29,207 nt of DNA from a virus (lineage: Duplodnaviria > Caudoviricetes), in the IMG/VR virus record IMGVR_UViG_3300033076_000615, positions 1 to 29,207 of that record; one strand, 5' to 3'. Both the position numbers and the translations under genes were made by a program. The notes below the pieces were generated by a model. That model was not told the origin of the DNA. It searched no databases and worked only from the letters and a program-made list of their open reading frames with translations. This document shows positions 24,390 to 29,207 of this stretch, piece by piece. Each line of letters begins with the position of its first letter. Position 1 is the first letter of the stretch.

Positions 24390-24916
24390 TGGTTCAGCAC
24401 CACGTAATAGCTATCCGTCCCGGTGAACGTGATCGTAGAGCCGCCGGACGCGCCAACGAGGCCAGACCAGCCGTCGCTAAACCCGTTATTGGCAGGCACA
24501 GGCACGTTGACGCCGAACATGGCGATGGTGCCGCCGCCAGTGGGCGCATGGGCCGATATGCTGACGATACGAGCGCCCGCAGGGACTGACACGGAGCCGC
24601 TGGTGCCAGCGAAAGGCGTGCTAGTGCCTCGATAGGGATTAAGCGCGTTGAGTAGCGATGTGAGCGTGTTTTGCAGCGTGGCAAGCCAGCCGCGCACGCC
24701 ACTGCCGACAGTAGGCGCAACGGGGCCATCTGCGCCGATGCCGCTAGCCGTGGCTAGGGTATTTGCCGATATCTCGTTGAGGAACGTATTGCATGCATCC
24801 TGCCGCGATGCGGTTGCCGCTCCACTTGCCAGCGGGATGCTGGACATGCTGACAGGCAAAACCGATGCACGCAGTTGCTCATTGGTCAACCCGCCTTTTG
24901 CGCTACCTTGGCTCAT
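24386..24916 (-). CDS. putative virion structural protein
   Basis: GLTNEQLRAS..V...PLASGAAT motif; coupled to neighbours. Confidence 0.7.
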   Translation of the reverse strand: MSQGSAKGGLTNEQLRASVLPVSMSSIPLASGAATASRQDACNTFLNEISANTLATASGIGADGPVAPTVGSGVRGWLATLQNTLTSLLNALNPYRGTSTPFAGTSGSVSVPAGARIVSISAHAPTGGGTIAMFGVNVPVPANNGFSDGWSGLVGASGGSTITFTGTDSYYVVLNQ

Positions 24917-25245
24917 GGCGTTTTCTCAGCGCCGAACAAGTTGAACGAAAGCGATGCCGTGCCCGCATAGCAGCGCACTACATCCAACGAGCCTAAAGAG
25001 ATGCCAATGGTGGCCGCAAACGTGTCTGCGCCTGCAATAGGGAAGTCGTAATAGAGATACTGCGGCAAGTTATCAGCAGCGCCTGCGATGGCGACGGAGA
25101 TGCGAAACGTCGTTGGCATCGCAGATTGATTGCACACCATCACGGTTGAGCATGTTGCCTGCTTGCCACTCGGCACCGTGTATATCGGCGTCAGCGTCGT
25201 GGCGGCGGGGAACACTTGCCCTAATACCTTGAGCGCAGTTGTCAT
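24913..25245 (-). CDS. putative virion structural protein
   Basis: KVLGQ..P.ATT....YTVP...VCN...SFNLFG.E, a common phage beta-sandwich family. Confidence 0.75.
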   Translation of the reverse strand: MTTALKVLGQVFPAATTLTPIYTVPSGKQATCSTVMVCNQSAMPTTFRISVAIAGAADNLPQYLYYDFPIAGADTFAATIGISLGSLDVVRCYAGTASLSFNLFGAEKTP

Positions 25246-25487
25246 CAGGCCCCCATGTGCAGGTAAGTGAGCGCCAGTGCTTCATCAGCATTGGCAATGA
25301 TGGCAGCACTATTGGCGTTGATCGCTGCCGTATTGGCCGCAACCTGCGCCATCAATGCCGTAAGGTCAGGGGCCGCGCCCTGTGACCACATCAGCAGGTT
25401 CTCAAACGTGTAGACAAGGTTGTGCGTCGGAAATGCCTTCTGCAATTCCGCACGCGTCACCATCCGGGGCAGGACTGCGCTAGACAT
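25245..25487 (-). CDS. short coiled-coil protein, P22 gp26 (tail needle) position
   Basis: Heptads VAANTAAINANSAAIIAN; immediately after gp10. Confidence 0.6.
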   Translation of the reverse strand: MSSAVLPRMVTRAELQKAFPTHNLVYTFENLLMWSQGAAPDLTALMAQVAANTAAINANSAAIIANADEALALTYLHMGA

Positions 25488-26916
25488 TCAGCGGCTCGAT
25501 CTGCGCTTCTAGGCGCGCGATGGCAAGGTGAGAGGATGAATCTCCCCGAAACTTCTGCACGCGGATATTCCGCATGAATCCGAGACGTCTCCAGCAAAGA
25601 CGCTTTTGCGTCTGGCCCACTGTGCCTACGCTAATCGCTAGCTCAGTGCCAAAGCTCACACCATCATTGGAGTGCGAGGTATAAATCAGGGGCGTATCGA
25701 CTGACAACGCATACCCTGGGAGCGAGACTAGCTCAAGCTCATGAATGATCGCGCCACGGCTGGCGTTGTAAATGATCGGCGTGCTGACCTCCCACGCCAC
25801 ACTAACGCCGTAATGCTTGGTTGTCGTAGGCGCATTGATGCTGAACTGCCCAAGACGCCCCGCAGAGTCAGGGTTTGGATCGCCAAACTGCCATGAACCA
25901 AGAACGCGGACGAAGTTTCGAGCCCGGTATGGCGTCGCTAGTCCGCCAAAGGTCTGGCTACTCAGAATGAACCACACCGGCACCTGTAGCTGTGCACTGG
26001 TGGCAATGTCATAGACCAGCGATTGATCCGGCAAGTGGACGTAGAGGTATTGGCTTTCCTCGTCAATGCGCGCCTCAATCTTGCCATTCAGGATCGTCTG
26101 CGTGCCGTAGGTCGCTAGTATCTTGTCAATGTCTGCCGTGGCGAGCTTGACGCTGCTGCCATTCTTGGCGAGCCATACAGAGATGCCTTCATTGCGCCCG
26201 CCGCCGACAAAGGCGATGCCCTCATCGTAAACGCAGGCATGGAATGCACTGATTGCACCGCGCGTGATCTGCGCGCCTTCCTTCCGCTGGAATGGAAAGC
26301 CAGTGCCGCCCACGTTGTCAAAAACCTCAATCGTGTTCCGATTGACGGCGTAAATCTCGTTACGCAGCTTGAGCAAGCCCACAACGGGATCGGGGTCAAT
26401 TTCAGATGATCCGTATTTAGTGGGATCAACCATCATTGGATCGCCCAACTCCGTCACGACAAGGTTTGCGCCGTCTGTCGTCATGAAGTAGCCGTCTACC
26501 CAAACCATATCCAGCACCGTGCCGAGGTCTGGGTCTGTCACTTGCGTCAGCACTGATCCGTTCCAGTAGAACAGATTTCCATTGCTGGCGATGGCGAGTC
26601 GGTCAAACGAGTAGTCAAACCTCACATCCGTCATGCCGGACATGGGGATGCCAATATCGCCCAACACCGTCACGGTCACACCTGCCACGCTGACGAGTTT
26701 GCTGCCCATCGCGCGGTAATGCACGCCATTCCAAACGATGCCGCCTCGATCAACGCCGGGGCCTGTCGCAAGCGGCAACAGCCCTTCCGCAGGGCGCAGA
26801 TACCCATTGCTGATGCCTTGCGGCTTCGCTACGGGGATGTAGTTGACCGGGAACTTGGTTCGAAAGTCGCCACGGCTGTCAACGTAAATCCCACTGATGA
26901 TGGGAATCTGCGTCAT
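25480..26916 (-). CDS. P22 gp10-like tail hub (packaged DNA stabilization)
   Basis: 478 aa; GYLRPAEG, GVDRG, KYGSSEIDPD, WRRLGFMR motifs. Confidence 0.9.
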   Translation of the reverse strand: MTQIPIISGIYVDSRGDFRTKFPVNYIPVAKPQGISNGYLRPAEGLLPLATGPGVDRGGIVWNGVHYRAMGSKLVSVAGVTVTVLGDIGIPMSGMTDVRFDYSFDRLAIASNGNLFYWNGSVLTQVTDPDLGTVLDMVWVDGYFMTTDGANLVVTELGDPMMVDPTKYGSSEIDPDPVVGLLKLRNEIYAVNRNTIEVFDNVGGTGFPFQRKEGAQITRGAISAFHACVYDEGIAFVGGGRNEGISVWLAKNGSSVKLATADIDKILATYGTQTILNGKIEARIDEESQYLYVHLPDQSLVYDIATSAQLQVPVWFILSSQTFGGLATPYRARNFVRVLGSWQFGDPNPDSAGRLGQFSINAPTTTKHYGVSVAWEVSTPIIYNASRGAIIHELELVSLPGYALSVDTPLIYTSHSNDGVSFGTELAISVGTVGQTQKRLCWRRLGFMRNIRVQKFRGDSSSHLAIARLEAQIEPLNV

Positions 26917-26919
26917 CGG

Positions 26920-27240
26920 TCAGATGCTGCCTTCGCCTGGGATGATGTGCAGGTTTCCGGTGCCTGTGGTCATGATGGCGCTGACCACTACGCTGGCCAC
27001 ATCATTGGGGATGCTCACGCACAGACTGGCGTGCGTGCCAGTGGTAGAACCAAGCGCGCAGTCCGCAGTCGTGGCAGTTGATGCCACCTGTGTGACGCGA
27101 AAGTAAGCGTGATTGGTTGCCAGATTAGTGACGAGCAACTGTTTAGCGCCCAGCACTGGAACGGTGACGCTGGCGCTGGTCGTGCTCATGGCAAGAGTGA
27201 CGCCACGGCCATACGAAGGGAAAAATGGGGCGTCGATCAT
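26920..27240 (-). CDS. putative structural protein
   Basis: 106 aa beta-rich, ends IIPGEG. Confidence 0.7.
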   Translation of the reverse strand: MIDAPFFPSYGRGVTLAMSTTSASVTVPVLGAKQLLVTNLATNHAYFRVTQVASTATTADCALGSTTGTHASLCVSIPNDVASVVVSAIMTTGTGNLHIIPGEGSI

Positions 27241-27545
27241 TGTGCGGCCTCTGCCTTTGCAATCTCTTGCTTCAATCGAGTTTCAGACCAGCGACCATCA
27301 ATCTTGATGCCCAGCTCAGTGGCGCGGTCTGCGAGTGTGTTATCTGTGGATGGCACGTCATCGGCCACGACTGGCGCAGGCTTGCCATTGATGGCTTCGT
27401 CAAACGAGAGCGACCAGCCAGCGGCTTCAAACTTCGCCAACTGTTCGGCATCCTTGACGCCTTCAAAGGCATAGCCCTTGCTGCCAGCAGGGCCAGCATG
27501 AGGGCCGGGAGAGCGATAGACGAGGGTGGGAAATTGGACTTCCAT
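27237..27545 (-). CDS. conserved phage protein with C-terminal HeH-like motif
   Basis: FPTLVYRSPGPH; ATELGIKIDGRWSETRL. Confidence 0.8.
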   Translation of the reverse strand: MEVQFPTLVYRSPGPHAGPAGSKGYAFEGVKDAEQLAKFEAAGWSLSFDEAINGKPAPVVADDVPSTDNTLADRATELGIKIDGRWSETRLKQEIAKAEAAQ

Positions 27546-27553
27546 TGCGGCTC

Positions 27554-28039
27554 CTAAAGGGTGTTTCCTGCATGCATCTGTCGCTTCGCAGTTACATAAG
27601 CGTTATGCGCTGATACAGCATCGTCAAAATAGCCAAGGTATTTTTGCTTGCCGCCAATGTGAATCTTTGCCGAAAAGCCTGAACCGTTTACTGACACGCC
27701 AAGAAGCTTTGTTGAGTTTTGGCGATGCGGCTTGCGTTGGTTTTGCATGTTTTCGCAAAGGGAAACATCGCGCAGATTCTCAAAACGGTTGTTAGTTTTT
27801 GAGCCGTCAATATGGTCAATCACATTTTTTGGTTGCTCGCCAGTAACAAGCATCCAAACAATGCGATGAACCATTTCTAATCGGCCATCAACTCTAACTT
27901 GCAAATAACCGCTGGTGCATTGACAACCCACAACCGCACCAGCGGGGAATCTTCCAAACCTTCCAGCAGCAACCCTCCGAAGAAGGTTGCCAGTTTCTGG
28001 GCAGTAAGAAAAAAGCTCGCTGGCGCGGCTGGGGGTCAT
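27554..28039 (-). CDS. HNH homing endonuclease with AP2 domain
   Basis: VHRIVW, IDHIDGSKTNNRFENLR..S..EN..N, KYLGYFDDAVSAHNAY. Confidence 0.92.
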   Translation of the reverse strand: MTPSRASELFSYCPETGNLLRRVAAGRFGRFPAGAVVGCQCTSGYLQVRVDGRLEMVHRIVWMLVTGEQPKNVIDHIDGSKTNNRFENLRDVSLCENMQNQRKPHRQNSTKLLGVSVNGSGFSAKIHIGGKQKYLGYFDDAVSAHNAYVTAKRQMHAGNTL

Positions 28040-28043
28040 ATCA

Positions 28044-29207
28044 CTAGCTCTGCGAGAAGAGCATGATGCCGGACATTTCCGGCTGCTTGTTCACCACACC
28101 GTAGCGCACGTCCCAACGATACTTCGTGAGCTGCGTGTTGATGTCGAACTGCTTCTGCATCACCAGCTCCAAGCCATTGGCGCTTGTGCCGCGAGTCACC
28201 GCAGCGCCAGCGTCAGACGGAATGGCAAGGCGACCGGGCAGGATTTCCATCGCATCCGACTGCCAGAACGGGTTGACGTTCGCGGCGACAGTGTTCAGGA
28301 ACACGATGCTGGCGGTAGCCGAAGGCGTCACAACAACGTTCTGATACATGCGCTCTGCATCGGTGTTGCCCTGCGCGCTGATGATCGGCGGGCTGATGAC
28401 CATCTGAGTTGCATTGGTCACGCTGATGACGCGGAAAGTCTTGAGCTGACCGGTGCTGGCCTTCGTGATGTGATGCGCGGCATTGACGCCTGCAATGGTG
28501 AACGCATCGCCTGCGGCCACGTTCGTGGTGCTGGAAATGGTGATCGTCTGGAAACGATTGTCCACGTTGCTGCGGCCGCCAGACGGCGTGGCAGTGGTTG
28601 CGACCGGCGTGTAGAAGTTTGCAGCGCCGACCAGCGTGCTAACCGTCAGACCAGCGCCACCAGTGGCAGCGGGCAGTCGGTTGGCGTAGTCCAGCTTGTA
28701 AGTGCCGAAGCCAGCCACGTCACCCAAATACGCACGCTCATACGCGCGGTCACTCTTGGGGTTGCCGAACGAACGGGAGGCAGTGCTGAGGTTGCTTGCC
28801 ATGCCGTTGTAGTCGCGAGTGCTGAGAGCGAGATAGCGGTCAAACATCTGAACGCCCTGCTCGTTCATGATGGCATCGCACTGGGCAACGTCATCAAAGC
28901 CAGTCGCAGCAGAGGTGCGCTTCACAACGAGCGTGCCCTGGTTGGCAGCAAGCGCCATGATTGACAGATTCACGTCAGAGGCGAGCTTCTGAGCGGCGGC
29001 CTGACCGAAACGGCCTTCCTGCAACGAGTCGCGCAGTTCGGTCGCGGTCAGAGCCAACGTTGCATGGCGCTGAGTGTCAATCGAAGCCGGGACGGCGAGC
29101 TGAGTCTTGTCAGTGAAGTTGGCAGTGGCGTTGGAGCCGCTGAACGACTGAGCGATGTAGGGCATCGGACGCCAGATGATGTCGTTGCCGCGCTCCATCT
29201 GAACCTG
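28044..29207 (-). CDS. P22 gp5-like major capsid protein (5' end outside the window)
   Basis: IWRPMPYI, AAAQKLASDVN, RWDVRYGVVNKQPEMSG motifs. Confidence 0.92.
   Translation of the reverse strand, partial: QVQMERGNDIIWRPMPYIAQSFSGSNATANFTDKTQLAVPASIDTQRHATLALTATELRDSLQEGRFGQAAAQKLASDVNLSIMALAANQGTLVVKRTSAATGFDDVAQCDAIMNEQGVQMFDRYLALSTRDYNGMASNLSTASRSFGNPKSDRAYERAYLGDVAGFGTYKLDYANRLPAATGGAGLTVSTLVGAANFYTPVATTATPSGGRSNVDNRFQTITISSTTNVAAGDAFTIAGVNAAHHITKASTGQLKTFRVISVTNATQMVISPPIISAQGNTDAERMYQNVVVTPSATASIVFLNTVAANVNPFWQSDAMEILPGRLAIPSDAGAAVTRGTSANGLELVMQKQFDINTQLTKYRWDVRYGVVNKQPEMSGIMLFSQS

Overview
This window is a phage or prophage segment with P22-like (podovirus) morphogenesis genes. Two early arms diverge from a promoter region at about 3360-3540. 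The left arm (- strand) holds small accessory genes, DUF3310 and an XRE HTH. The right arm (+ strand) holds ERF, NinB-like, SSB, a tandem HTH, a MazG-like NTP pyrophosphohydrolase, a four-gene PAPS-reductase/ParB (IbrAB/YbdNM-like) cassette, more accessory genes and a RuvC-like resolvase. The late genes on the - strand (coat, HNH, gp10, gp26-like, extra virion genes, gp14, gp7/20/16-like ejection proteins, a displaced gp4, a 14-repeat beta-propeller tail protein, an M15 endolysin and holin-like genes) converge on an ORF-poor interval of about 750 bp. Two features stand out. (1) That interval holds a complete circularly permuted (two-piece) tmRNA gene with tag ANDSVFAQVA, and its 115-nt intervening segment can fold into a multi-branched RNA with a perfect 7-bp loop-loop complement. 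(2) The ParB-like protein of the IbrAB-like cassette is fused to an ectoine-synthase (EctC)-type cupin with its metal ligands in place, which suggests an undescribed phage modification chemistry. All family assignments come from motif recognition by eye; no searches were run.
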